Numbered from the stretch's first letter, positions 11,207 to 23,026 are shown. The stretch is 64,000 nt of DNA from an uncultured Nitrososphaeraceae archaeon (GCA_963825865.1 CAWGVG010000012.1:1-64000), one strand, 5' to 3'. Notes: generated by a model not told the origin, from the sequence alone. Numbers and translations: made by a program.

Positions 11207-11350
11207 ATGTTAGAAAATATAGCATATGTAGGTCTTGGCTTTGCATCAGTCTTCTTTGCATTGGAAACAGCATGGCACTTTACAGCCTGCAAGATACATG
11301 ACAAATCGATAAAGCCTTGTTTCTACAAGCAAATCGGCATATTAAAATAG
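11207..11350 (+). CDS. 47-aa membrane microprotein (copy A)
   Basis: MLENIAYVGLGFASVFFALETAWHFTACKIHDKSIKPCFYKQIGILK; identical protein at 25283-25426 with only synonymous changes; TATA-like CCTTATAT about 20 bp upstream. Confidence 0.8.
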   Translation: MLENIAYVGLGFASVFFALETAWHFTACKIHDKSIKPCFYKQIGILK

Positions 11351-11378
11351 ATAGAAAGAGAGAGAGGTCTTGGTAATA

Positions 11379-11552
11379 ATGGCAAGTATTGAAAGCAGAA
11401 GCAGAGCTAGAAGAAGGACAAAATCACTAAAGATGAAGACAACTTCATTAGAAGACAAGATTACTAAAATATCGTCGTCATTTAATACTATTGAAGTACA
11501 AAGAATCATAGCTCGTGATGGTTTTGGTTACTTTTCAACGACTAATGACTAA
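11379..11552 (+). CDS. 57-aa basic microprotein (copy A)
   Basis: MASIESRSRARRRTKSLKMKTTSL...DGFGYFSTTND; paralogue at 25510-25680 differs by an in-frame 3-bp indel. Confidence 0.65.
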   Translation: MASIESRSRARRRTKSLKMKTTSLEDKITKISSSFNTIEVQRIIARDGFGYFSTTND

Positions 11553-11561
11553 ATAAGAGTC

Positions 11562-12134
11562 ATGATGGCAAAGTTTGGGCGCAGAGCAATACTTATAGTA
11601 GAGATGCTACAACAAGACTTGCTATTGGCATTGCAACAACAAGATCGTCACCAAGAAAGTATAGTTATCGATACTGCCCCCGTTATGATAAATGATACTG
11701 ATGAAAGAATTAAGAAAAAGCGTGATGATTATAGCGGATATTATAGCTCTCATAAACCAAAAATAAAGAGGATATTTTTAGTTGATGATAACTATGATCA
11801 TACTGTTACTTTCAAGGTGGGATTGGAGCTTGCCGGATTTGAAGTTGATGCATATACTGATTCAGCAATAGCATTATCAAAATTCAAGCCGGATTGCTAT
11901 GATCTAATGCTAATTGATATTAAAATGCCCAAGATTGACGGATTTGAACTATATGAAAAGATAAGCGAAATAGACAATAAAGTTAAAGTATGGTTTATTA
12001 CCGCATATGAAAGATATGATAAACCGCTTAAAGAAGTTCCACCAAAATCAAGAGAAATGATATTAACTCATTTTGTAGAAAAACCTATTGAAATAGATAT
12101 TTTAGTGAAAGAAATAAAATCAGAACTAGATTGA
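11562..12134 (+). CDS. stand-alone response regulator receiver protein
   Basis: FLVDDN, LIDIKMPKIDG, FITA, EKP. Confidence 0.93.
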   Translation: MMAKFGRRAILIVEMLQQDLLLALQQQDRHQESIVIDTAPVMINDTDERIKKKRDDYSGYYSSHKPKIKRIFLVDDNYDHTVTFKVGLELAGFEVDAYTDSAIALSKFKPDCYDLMLIDIKMPKIDGFELYEKISEIDNKVKVWFITAYERYDKPLKEVPPKSREMILTHFVEKPIEIDILVKEIKSELD

Positions 12135-12328
12135 ATCTTTAAAAAAGGTAGGTAGGTATCAGCATTTTTTATATGATAATATATACGAACAGGATTGTTA
12201 TATTAATATAGTTTCTATAAGGATGCCATTCTGACAAGGACTTATGATAATAGTTGACCTTATGGTGAATCTTTAGTAAAATTGCAGAAAGCATATAGTG
12301 AAAAGGACATGATGATGAAATATCTTTT

Positions 12329-12512
12329 ATAGAGGGTATATTCATCTTGTTGTTTCTGAACACTTACTCTCTTTATTCCCACTCTATATTCTTTGATATT
12401 TCCTGTATTTGGATCTACTTTCGCAGTCATATCTAGAACTTCTATTGCATGTACATTTCTAATTGTCTTTACTGCTTCTTTAACTGCAATTTGGGCTGCG
12501 TCTTCCCAACCG
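12329..12512 (-). pseudogene. dodecin, 3' part
   Basis: GWEDAAQIAVKEAVKTIRNVHAIEVLDMTAKVDPNTGNIKEYRVGIK; N-terminus missing. Confidence 0.8.
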
Positions 12513-12661
12513 TCTTTAACTGCAGTTTGAGCTAGTAATTATTGTTTATTTATTTTTCAGAGGTCAGGTAGACGCTGCTGATAATTATCAGAATAAGCCT
12601 GAACTTACTAATAATCGGTGTAGTGTAGTATGTATATTTTATACATATTTTCTTAGATTCT

Positions 12662-14854
12662 TTGATCATTTTATCATATTATTTTTATATATATATTAGT
12701 CGTTATTCTTTTAGAAACTATACGCAAGACGAAAAGATCAAAATATTTCATGGTATTGAAAATGTAATAAATACAGAATTACAATTTTTCTCTAATGCAA
12801 ATAATAGAATTGATACCTGTATGAATTATACAAGGCCTCAGTTAGCCATTGCACTTGACCCAATAAGGCATGCATTTGTCCATGCTAAAAATAGAGGTGT
12901 AAGGCTAAGGTATCTTACTGAAATTACAACTGAAAATATTTCTTTTTGTAAACAGCTCTTGTCCACTGTTAGTGAGATAAGACATCTAGATGGTATAAAA
13001 GGGAATTTCATGATAAGTGAGTCGGAGTATCTTGCTCCTGCAGTTTTACTTGAGAAAGGGAAGGTGGCAGCTCGGATCATGTATAGTAATGTTAAGGAGC
13101 TTGTAAAAGAACATGAGTATGTATTTGACATCCTTTGGAGCAAGTCAATTTCAGCTCAACAGAGAATAAAAGAAATCGAAGAAGGTATAGAGCCTATCAG
13201 AACTAGGCTCTTAGAAAATCAAGACGAGATCATCAGAGAAATTAAACGCCAAAACAATAGAGCTAACAAACTATCAATATGTACAGCAATCGGAGGAATG
13301 CAGATGAGCTATAACTACCTTTTTGATTCATACAAGACTATAGTTGATAAACACAAGACAGGTGAGAGTAAAGAGGGATTGCGATGGCTGACAAACATAG
13401 ATGACAAAGAATCTGCCAATTTAGTTGAGCTACTTCTTAAATCAGGAATGCAAGCAAGACACACAAAAAGTATGCCGCCATTGAACTTTGGTGTATCAGA
13501 TAAAGAAGTGGCGCTTACTGTAGAAAAGATGGGAGGTGGTAAGATGAGCAGACGCTTTTTAATAAGCAGTGAGCCACTATACGTAGACCATTTTAACAAT
13601 TTATTTGACGAACTATGGAGGAACGGAATTGATGCTCAACAAAGAATAAAAGATATAGAACAAGGTGTCGAAACATCTGATATCGAGATCATTACAAATC
13701 CAAAAGAGGGTATAAGTCGTTCTTGGGATTTGATAAGGTCTGCAAACCGAGAAGTGTTGATAATGGTTTCTACTGCTAATTCCTTTCGCAGACAGTTAAA
13801 GATGGGTATAATGAATTTGTTCAAAGAAGTGTGTAAAGAAGGTGCAGTAAAGATTAGAATGTTGATACCAGCCGCTTCTGATGAGCAAATGATACATACA
13901 TTAAATGAATTAAGTCAAACAAATCCGCAACAGATTGTCGACTTTCGAATCGCAGATGAGAGTTTACGTTTTAGAATTACAATTATATTAATCGACAAAA
14001 AAGATTGTATAATTATAGAAACAAATGATGACTATGCAGACAACTCATATGATGCAATGGGATTGACAACATATTCTAATAGCAAGTCGATCGTTCTATC
14101 ATATGCTTCTATACTTGAAGGACTTTGGAAGCAATCAGAGTTATATGAACAACTAAAAGCTCATGATAAAATGCAAAAAGAATTCATTAACATAGCAGCT
14201 CATGAATTAAGAACTCCTATACAACCAATACTTAGCTTTTCTCAACTCCTTCGGTCTGAAAAAAGCAATAATACCAAAGAACAGGAATTTTTAGATGCCA
14301 TTGTTAGAAATGCAAAGAGGCTGCAGCGAATTACAGAAAACATATTAGATGTTACAAGAATTGAAAGTCACTCATTACAACTAAGGAAAGAGCAATTTAG
14401 CTTAAATGAAAATATAAGAAATGTAATAAACGATGTTAATAATCAAGCAGGATTTCGCAATAACAATAATAAAACTGTTTCAATATTATTTGAGCCCGAA
14501 CAGGATCTTATAGTAGAAGCAGATAGAGTAAGGATATACGAGGTTATTTCAAATTTGATTAAAAATGCCATCCAATTTACAAAAGAAGGTACTATAACTA
14601 TTGCAGTGGCAGCAGCACGAAAGATGGATTACAATGGGGTACTAGTGAGTATTAAAGATACAGGGGCAGGAATAGATCCTGATATATTGCCTAGGTTGTT
14701 TACAAAGTTTTCTTCAAAATCAGTTACAGGAACCGGCTTGGGTTTGTTTATCTCAAAAAGCATTGTAGAAGCTCATGGTGGCAAGATTTGGGCGCAAAAC
14801 AATACTGATGGTATAGGGGCAACATTTGCGTTCAGCCTACCACTTAGCGAATAA
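12662..14854 (+). CDS. cytoplasmic sensor histidine kinase with three tandem N-terminal TrmB/PLD-like domains
   Basis: AAHELRTPIQ H-box, N-box, DTGAGID, GTGLGL; no TM segment; start uncertain. Confidence 0.93.
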   Translation: MIILSYYFYIYISRYSFRNYTQDEKIKIFHGIENVINTELQFFSNANNRIDTCMNYTRPQLAIALDPIRHAFVHAKNRGVRLRYLTEITTENISFCKQLLSTVSEIRHLDGIKGNFMISESEYLAPAVLLEKGKVAARIMYSNVKELVKEHEYVFDILWSKSISAQQRIKEIEEGIEPIRTRLLENQDEIIREIKRQNNRANKLSICTAIGGMQMSYNYLFDSYKTIVDKHKTGESKEGLRWLTNIDDKESANLVELLLKSGMQARHTKSMPPLNFGVSDKEVALTVEKMGGGKMSRRFLISSEPLYVDHFNNLFDELWRNGIDAQQRIKDIEQGVETSDIEIITNPKEGISRSWDLIRSANREVLIMVSTANSFRRQLKMGIMNLFKEVCKEGAVKIRMLIPAASDEQMIHTLNELSQTNPQQIVDFRIADESLRFRITIILIDKKDCIIIETNDDYADNSYDAMGLTTYSNSKSIVLSYASILEGLWKQSELYEQLKAHDKMQKEFINIAAHELRTPIQPILSFSQLLRSEKSNNTKEQEFLDAIVRNAKRLQRITENILDVTRIESHSLQLRKEQFSLNENIRNVINDVNNQAGFRNNNNKTVSILFEPEQDLIVEADRVRIYEVISNLIKNAIQFTKEGTITIAVAAARKMDYNGVLVSIKDTGAGIDPDILPRLFTKFSSKSVTGTGLGLFISKSIVEAHGGKIWAQNNTDGIGATFAFSLPLSE

Positions 14855-15496
14855 ATTCAGTATAGTTAGACGGGGCTAATAAACTCAGAAAAAACAATAT
14901 CATTACTTTTTCAGGCCCAAACACTACTGCTGCTTCTTCTTGAAGTACTGCCTGCATGACATAGCGCGTTACATGGGATGACATAACACAGATTAACTAA
15001 AGTCTAACTTTTTCGTTTTATAAATTCAAATTGTAACGTGGATTTCAATATTATATTATTTAATTATTTTTCAGATCGTAGAGACGATGAACATAATAAA
15101 CCATTGCTAAACCAAGTCAACTATGCTCTATTGCACCTACATCTATCAGGCAAACATGAAGCCAAACCAAGCCACGAAGAACTAAAGAATTGGCTGGCAC
15201 AGTGGTCAAGTAGATGTAATTAGAATGAACAAGTAATAAGCAAACAAACAAAAGGATGAAGACGTAACTTTTTATTTTTCAATTATATTTTTCTTTTACC
15301 TTTTCTTAATTACGCATAGTTACGCGCAATCTGTACATTAAATGAAGAATTAGGAGAAGACGTTATTCTTATTGAAAGGGCAGAATACATGTAATAATAC
15401 ATTAGCGCAATATTGTAAGTTCAATAAATGATGTAATTTAAGTCCCTTGTAAGGCCTCTTATGTTTGCCATTACTTCTTCTTGATATATTGGCATA

Positions 15497-17390
15497 TTGT
15501 ATTTATATTTAAGAAAATCACATTCATATATTACGGAAGCCTACACAGAACCCGCTAGAACAGATATAATACATGGTATTGATAATGTAGTAAATACTGT
15601 ATCACAGTTTATCTCCAATACGAAATATAAAATTGATGTCTGTGTAGATTACACACGGCCATATCTAGCTATAGAAATTAATCAGTTGAGAGATGCTTTT
15701 TTTGATGCAAAAAAAAGAGGTATAAAAATAAGATACCTTACTGAGATTACAAAAGATAACCTTCGCTATTGCAAGGAACTAATGCCCCTAGTTGAGGAAT
15801 TCCGGCACCTGAACGGTATCAAAGGGAGTTTTTACATAAGCGAACAAGAGGTACGCAGCACCTGCCACATATCATGAAAAAGGAAAGTCTGCAGATATGA
15901 TGGTTCATAGCACAGTTAAGGAAATAGTAGAGCATCAGCAATATGTGTTTGATACCATTTGGAACACATCTACCTCTGCAGAAAGAAAAATAAAAGAAAT
16001 TGAAAGTGAAGGTGGTGTTAGTTTTGGTATAACAGAAATTATTGACCATCCCTTAAAGACCCAAGAATTATTTATTAATCTAATAAAATCGGCCAAATTT
16101 GAGGTACTGCTAGTTCTACCCACAGTTAATGCATTTATGAGGGAATATAGAATTGGCGCAATACAGATACTCGAAGAACTATCCACAAGTGCTACCCAAA
16201 GAGGAACACCATCTAAAGAGAATTTACAAGAACAAGGAGGGAGAAGAGCAGAGATGAATATTAGGATTTTAACCCCCACTAATGATGATATTGATAAAAT
16301 AATTAATAATTTGAATTTAACAACAACATCGTCAAGGCTATCAGAAGGAGGAGAAGGGAAGTTGTCTAACAAAGCAAATAATTCCATTCTTCAAATAAGA
16401 CATTTAGAATCCTTACCAAAGTATAACGTAACTACAGTAACAATATTGGTAGTCGATAGAAAAGCATCGTTAGTTATGGAAAAGGTAGATGATTCCAAAG
16501 AAACTTTTGTAGAAGCAGTAGGATTATCGACCTATTCTACAAGCGAGCCAACAATAATGTCTTATGTATCTATATTTGAGAACTTTTGGAATCAGATTGA
16601 ATTATACGAAGATTTAAAAGAATCAAAGGAAAAACTTGAAGAAACAAATGAACAGTTAAAAGAACATGACAAAATGCAAAGAGAGTTTATCAATGTAGCA
16701 GCTCATGAGCTTAGAACACCGATACAGGCTATCTTAGGATATGCGGAGATATTAGAGGGGGAATCTAGAAGAAGCAGACAATATGTAATCCCAATCATGA
16801 GAAATGCTGTTAGACTTCAAGGCCTTGCAAATAATATATTAAATGTTTCAAGAATCGAGAGCCAAACTTTAAAGCTAAACAAGGAGAAGTTTAACATTAA
16901 CGAAAGGATAAGAACTGTTGTAGAGGATATAAAGTCAAGAGCAGATGAAATAGAGATAGCTTTTGCTGATCCAAGAGTGGATCCTATAGTTGTAGAAGCA
17001 GATAAAATCAGAATTTATGAAGTTATTTCAAATCTGTTGACTAATGCCACTAAATTTACACGTAAAAGTGATAGTGATAGTGGCGATGGTATCAGCACTA
17101 TAACAATCTTTACAGACATAAAGTCCAACCAAGCCGATAACAAATATAGTAGTAATAGTGCTGTCGAGGAGGAGGTTATTATTAGCGTAAGAGATAGAGG
17201 AACGGGTATTGACCCTAATGTTCAGGGGAAATTGTTTTCCAAATTTGTTACTACATCTGAGACAGGATCAGGATTAGGCCTGTTTATTTCCAAAGGCATT
17301 GTGGAAGCTCATGGTGGAAGGATGTGGGCGCAAAACAATACTGATGGCAGAGGAGCTACGTTTTACTTTAGCCTACCGTTAATCAAATAG
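15497..17390 (+). pseudogene. sensor histidine kinase, one frameshift at about 15850
   Basis: 15497-15877 encodes the N-terminal domain (DYTRP, RYLTEITKDN); 15897-17390 encodes HisKA/HATPase (AAHELRTP, GSGLGL); may be a sequencing error. Confidence 0.88.
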
Positions 17391-17485
17391 ATATTTAATA
17401 CAGATTAACTAAATCCTAACTTTTTAGTTTATATAAATCGTAATTATTAACGTGGATGACAAAAATGGGTCAAATTTGTTATGAA
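17388..17485 (+). repeat. about 100-bp dispersed repeat located 3' of kinase genes
   Basis: TAGATATTTAATACAGATTAACTAAA...AACGTGGATGACAAAA.TGGGTCAAATTTGTT; other full or partial copies at 14988-15043, 17688-17784, 18398-18495, 18849-18872 and 28424-28518. Confidence 0.85.
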
Positions 17486-17833
17486 TCCCGCCGACTCACT
17501 TGTAATACCATAACAGATTGAGAAAGAAAAAATTCAAAAAGGTTTAGATATATAGTACAATAGATTATAAAAACAGAACAAATCCAATTATTCCATGTAT
17601 ATGGCTAGAAAATCAGAGGCTTTTACGATTTAGAATTAGAAAATCTAATTTCTCGTTATCAAAAAAGCCTATAATCTGTAATTCTAGGAGCTACGTTTTA
17701 CTTTAGTCTGCCAATAATCAAGTAGATATTAATATAAAATAACTAAAGCTTAATTTTTCGTTTTATAAATCCAAATTATTAACGAAAAAGTCCAACATAT
17801 GATAATTATAGTAGTAGGTATGTAGAACAAAAA

Positions 17834-18389
17834 ATGCAGTTAGAGAATGCGCCAAAAGGATGGAAAGTAAATTCTACAAAAAAAGTATATTCTAACTATC
17901 TTCTTGAACTATACGAAGATGTGCTTGATTTAAATGGTAAAGAAAAAACATATTTAAGAGGAGTTAGAAAGGACTACTCAACAGTAGTTCCCTTTGTCTC
18001 AAAAGATGAAATACTTGTAATTGAAAGCTATAGACACCTTGCAGACTCTACTCAGATTGAAGTACCTTCAGGATATATAAACGAAGGGGAATCTCCAAAA
18101 GATGGCAGCAATAAGAGAACTGAAAGAGGAAACCGGTTATGCTGCTAAAGATGTTATATCAATATGCCATTATACTCTTGACTACTCTATGTTTGAACAG
18201 AAAGGAAACCTTTTTGTTGCATATGGTTTGGCCAAAGAACAAGAGCAATCTTTAGGAATAATGGAAAAAATAGATGTCAAAATAATGAATATAAAAGATA
18301 TAAAGCAACTACTCTTTGAAGGGAAGGTATTAAATGGAGCATCTATTGTTGCATTATACAGAGCATTAGATTTTCATAATCAGCGTTAA
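17834..18389 (+). pseudogene. NUDIX hydrolase (ADP-ribose pyrophosphatase-like), frameshift at about 18100
   Basis: EVPSGYINEGESPK/MAAIRELKEETG Nudix box split by a frameshift in an A run. Confidence 0.9.
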
Positions 18390-18954
18390 CGTAATTAATA
18401 GATATTTAATATAGAATGACTAAAGCTTCCTTTTTTGTTTTAGAAATTCAAATTCGAACATGAATGACGAAAATGGGTCAAATTTGTTCTGAATGCACTA
18501 AACGCTATAGGAGACTATGTATCTAACTTATAGACGCATATGTATCTCATTAATTACTTGCAAAATGTTCTACTACTCCAACGACCAATTTGTTGGTCTG
18601 ATTATTAGATTCCAATCGTACAGAAACAGTAGATACTTTGATTAGAGAAAATGCAAACACCATCAGCACCGCAAATGCGAAAGATAATGAGAAATCTCAA
18701 GTCAATTGGTGGATAAATGAATTAGATTCACTTGGAATTAAGCAGGAAGAATCAAATAAAGGTCAAGAGCTTGAAGATCTAGACCGATGATGTAAAGCAA
18801 AAGTTCATTTATGATTATAAGGCATGCTATAGTGAATAATACGCTCACATAAATTCAAATTATTAACGTGGGTAACTTAGCTAACTTTAATGGTTCGATA
18901 TTATGCTAACTGAAATCACTAATTGAATATTACTCCTATCAATATAACCAAGGA

Positions 18955-19140
18955 TTAAAATAAGAAGATCTCTTTCTGACACATGTGACATGTATCATAC
19001 AAAAATGGCATTTTACAGCTGTTTTTTTCGCATCTATAGATCGTGCCACATTTTATACATTGATGATAAGAAAATTGCTGTTGTTGTTCTTCTTCTTGCT
19101 CTGGCAGGCTACTATTACTAATACCTTTAGCAGAGCTCAA
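18955..19140 (-). CDS. Cys-rich microprotein
   Basis: HQCIKCG..YRCEKNSCKMPFLYDTCHMCQK; paralogue at 57351-57548. Confidence 0.75.
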   Translation of the reverse strand: MSSAKGISNSSLPEQEEEQQQQFSYHQCIKCGTIYRCEKNSCKMPFLYDTCHMCQKEIFLF

Positions 19141-19318
19141 TGCCTTCTAATATCTTTAAAGTATTTTAACAATTATGTGAAAGTCTTCAATGCAAAATAC
19201 TAGATTGTAGTTCTATATGAGATAATAAATTGATTCTATTAGCATTTTATAGTTACTAATTGTAATGGACAAAATTGTTTATCATCATTATAAGAAACAG
19301 AATTTATAGTATATTGGT

Positions 19319-19750
19319 GTGACATCGTCAACTGAAGAGAATCTAAGTGTCGTATGCAAACAAATACAACAATTAGATAATTCAATTAGATTTGTAGGTA
19401 TAGCCAATAACCTCGGTAGCCTGATTGCAACAGCATACAGAAATGGCCTAACTCCCCTAATGGATGATAAAGAAACTTCACATTATGCCATACAAGTTGT
19501 TCTTCGTGCTGCTACACGTGAAGATTTTGAATCAAAAATTGGCAGACTAGAATATTCAATAGGTAAATATGAAAGGGTTATTCGTGCAACTGTTCCAATA
19601 AGGCTTTTTGGTATGTCTGAAGATGATCATCAAAGCAAATATTATTATCTGCTGATTTCATTTGATTTGAAAAAATCTGCTATTGTCATAAATGTTATTG
19701 AAGATAAAGTTATGCCGTTTATAGAGAAGAATAAAGAGAATTTTGTTTGA
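19319..19750 (+). CDS. DUF6659-like thaumarchaeal protein (roadblock/profilin-like)
   Basis: IRFVGIANNLGSLIATAYRNGLTPLM...GRLEYSIGKYERVIRATVP. Confidence 0.8.
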   Translation: MTSSTEENLSVVCKQIQQLDNSIRFVGIANNLGSLIATAYRNGLTPLMDDKETSHYAIQVVLRAATREDFESKIGRLEYSIGKYERVIRATVPIRLFGMSEDDHQSKYYYLLISFDLKKSAIVINVIEDKVMPFIEKNKENFV

Positions 19751-19835
19751 TTATTTTATGAATAAAATACTTATAAAAAAATTACCAACAAAGAAGGCAC
19801 AGTACATTCAGGTGTTGGCCCGCTATTTTTCCATC

Positions 19836-20085
19836 ATCGTTCAAGTTTAACAACTACAGTATTGCTTAATTTATTGAAAATTCTTTGTCTGTATTTATTT
19901 GTAAATATCCAACATAGTATCAAGTCTATGAGAAGTAAAAAGGATTTGCCGAAATTTTGAATTGCAGCACTCTTAATATTTAATGCAGTTTCTTCATTCC
20001 TTCCTTTTGAAAGTTCAACAGTCCTGAATTTCAGAGCTATTTTCCCTATTGATTGACCCTTTGTAGTCTCAAAAAATGTCCAATA
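19836..20085 (-). pseudogene. RDD-family membrane protein, C-terminal fragment
   Basis: YWTFFETTKGQSIGKIALK...RQRIFNKLSNTVVVK. Confidence 0.75.
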
Positions 20086-21298
20086 CTATATCCTTGTTTG
20101 CATCTAAGGTCTGATTTCCTGATATAATTTTGGTAATAACTTACTGACCCTGTTACCTTCCTCTGCAAAATTATTGATGGTATTCTATATTCCTATAACT
20201 ATATCTAAGCGATACCTTTCTTGGTATTTAGAAATAAATCCTTAATATCCAGTATCGCTGATCCGATAGGAATTCCCTCAAAGAAGACATCATTTCCTTG
20301 TCCCCGTTTATGCTTAAAGAATGGAAGTCTTTTGTACAGCCTCAAAAACGGCATCTTTCTGGGAATGAGGATTAATGATATTTTCAAATTTTTGTCGTCT
20401 GGATTCAGAAGTATTTGGACCGGTCTGTGTTCCCGCCGAAATTTCCTTCGAGGTCATTAAACATCCCGGCCAAAGCCGGAAAGCAATGTTGACTCTGGCA
20501 CTGTCATCAAGTTGCAAAAGGTTTCGAGTATTTTGCTTGACACAATTCACAAATCTACTTTTTCGCATGTGCTCATATGTATAAAAAGGGGGATGCATAC
20601 TCATCTCGGTTAGGTGGACGTCCGTACTTTTGTTCGAAAGATTTTTCATCTTCAGCAAACTCATGTCCGATACAATTCTCAACTGCTTCCACGATCTCAA
20701 CTAATTTCGAGTAGTTAGCATAGATATCTGATGGTAACGATTCCAGTCCAGCAAATTCAGTAGACCAACTATAAATGATATCCATGTTCGGATCCCCATT
20801 CAACTAGCTTCTAATGTTAGAATTAGGATTTATGACTTGCATATGAGTTGTAGAGTCAACAATCAGCACCATCACCTTAACAGTCTTATTTTTTCTGAAT
20901 CTTTTCATATTTAGTGATTTACTTATTTACGTAGGTTTAATCTATGTAAGATATGCCGATGTACGATATTAGAAAAGACTATAAAAAAATGTATTGGGAT
21001 CTAGTTGAGAACTTAAGGAAGTTTGTGGATGATGCTAACAGACCAACATTCCTTTGAAAATTGGTTTTCATATCCTTCTAGCTAGTTATTATTGGTTTAT
21101 GAAATACAGTTGGACACCAAAAACATGATTCGCAAATAGCAAATTGATATTTATATTGATAAAGAGGTCTAGTTATAACTTGCTGCTGCTCGAAGAGCAA
21201 CAACACAGTTACATCAAATATTTCAAACACTACCGTCACTATCTATCAAGGTCCAGGACATTTTTAATAAGGAGCTTTTTATTTTGAGTATACTCTTG

Positions 21299-21823
21299 TC
21301 AATCAAACATAATCTTTCTCTTTGATATACATACATTTTTTAACTTTTTAAATATCAATAAGCAACCATTATTAAAGTTGTAATTTGTTATACAATCAAT
21401 TGCTTTCTTAACTAACATAAATTTTTCCTGCTCCTCCTCTTCTTGTTGACGTTTGTTGTCCTTTTCCACTAATTCTTCTGCTTCTTTATAGAAATATCTG
21501 GAAGGAGTAGTATCAAACCTATTAATCTCTTTGTATAATTCCTTGGCTTGCTCTCCATAGGCTTGTATTACATATTCTATACCATTATCTTCATTACAGA
21601 TCAATTCGACGTGATAATATTCTTCTGCACTTGCACCGATATGAATAATATCTTTGCAGAGATTACTAATTGAAAGATATAAAACAGAAGAAGATAGACT
21701 ACTACTATTATTATTATAATCTTTATTCTTCCTACTTGTATTATTGATGTTATTATTCTTTTTTGGAACTTGTAGTAAGAGTTGTTTTAATGGTTCTGTA
21801 GTGGTGCTATTACTTTGGTGCAT
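21299..21823 (-). CDS. hypothetical protein
   Basis: 174-aa ATG ORF with low-complexity N/S runs. Confidence 0.6.
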   Translation of the reverse strand: MHQSNSTTTEPLKQLLLQVPKKNNNINNTSRKNKDYNNNSSSLSSSVLYLSISNLCKDIIHIGASAEEYYHVELICNEDNGIEYVIQAYGEQAKELYKEINRFDTTPSRYFYKEAEELVEKDNKRQQEEEEQEKFMLVKKAIDCITNYNFNNGCLLIFKKLKNVCISKRKIMFD

Positions 21824-22127
21824 TTATAGACACCTTTTCTTCTTCTACTACTACTTCTTTTACCTTGTATTTTTTGACCACTCTTACTTTCAAAGCTATT
21901 TCTGATGCACAAAGTGTTGGTACAAAACCTAACATTATCCAACCAAACGATTCAGATATATCCATGTATGATTATTGTTAGATTTTAATAGATTAACTGT
22001 ACTCACTACTGCATCAAATAAGTTTCAATATGCCAGAATAATCAACATTTATTATGATAAATCATATAGTATAGGTTAGTATACTATACTTAGTAGTCAC
22101 ACACTCAAAGTGTTATAGCCCTGGACA

Positions 22128-22157
22128 TAGAGACACTTATTTTAATTAGTGTCTCTA
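22128..22157. promoter_or_regulatory. perfect 10-bp inverted repeat, candidate operator
   Basis: TAGAGACACT-N10-AGTGTCTCTA immediately 5' of TATA-like TTTATATT and ORF 22180. Confidence 0.55.
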
Positions 22158-22179
22158 CTTATATTAGTATTTAATATTA

Positions 22180-22485
22180 TTGAAAAAAATTGAGGATTTC
22201 AGAGATAACGGGGGAGAGCAAAAAATCGGAAATATAGAATCCATAGCTCAAACCTATAGTGAACATGTGAGCAATTATTTAATAGGATTTACAATGGATT
22301 TGTTAACCAACGCTTCAAACTTTATTGAAAGCGGTTGGTTAGTAAATAAATTTCCTGATGAACTCAACAGAATGGCAGATGCGATGAATTATGTGAAATC
22401 AGCTGAGATAAATGCCAACAAAACAGCTTTAACGCTATCTGATTTGCTAGATAGAATCAATTACAGGATACAAAGAACACACTAA
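22180..22485 (+). CDS. hypothetical helical protein
   Basis: 101-aa ORF with a TATA-like box upstream. Confidence 0.6.
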   Translation: MKKIEDFRDNGGEQKIGNIESIAQTYSEHVSNYLIGFTMDLLTNASNFIESGWLVNKFPDELNRMADAMNYVKSAEINANKTALTLSDLLDRINYRIQRTH

Positions 22486-22539
22486 ATAATCGTATACGAC
22501 ATATAGCATGAATAGTGATGGTACCTACAATGAAAAGAA

Positions 22540-22829
22540 ATGCTTGGCTCAGGCGGCTATGCATTCGCCAAGTTGACAGATGAAGAACAAAAGAGATCGA
22601 ATTTAGGTGTATCTGAAATATTTCTTGGCCAAGTAGGAAGACTAAATGAGGATAGATTTCTCAGATATTATTGCAACAAATGCCTAAAGGAATACCAAGG
22701 TTCTCCAAAAATAGCTTATGAAAATCCAAACGGAGAGTTAGGAGATGATGTAATTCTCTTGGAAAAGGGAGAGTGATACAAATGCAATATGTGTAATAGT
22801 ACATTAGCACAATACCGCAAGTTCAATAA
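22540..22829 (+). pseudogene. thaumarchaeal Zn-binding protein, frameshifted
   Basis: GSGGY..A.LTDEEQ...YYCNKC...EKGE continues in another frame as YKCNMCNSTLAQYRKF. Confidence 0.75.
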
Positions 22830-23026
22830 ATAAATATATAAAAATACTTATTCATATAGACAAGAACTACATAAAAGGTGCTATCTATTTTTTACAATAT
22901 ACACCGTTCATTCATCTGCTCTCGGAGTATTAGGAGAGATACTTCGGATTTACTTGCTACTCCTACAGTATCTTGTTCTCATCAAATCCAATTTATTTGT
23001 AATCCTACAAACTCAGAATATATCCA

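Noticed and set aside
12838-16387. Antisense ORFs inside kinase genes (also 28739-29230, 30299-31086, 47344-47967)
   Set aside because: Shadow ORFs opposite well-supported genes
20100-20910. Patchy minus-strand ORF fragments
   Set aside because: Probably a decayed gene, but no family could be recognised
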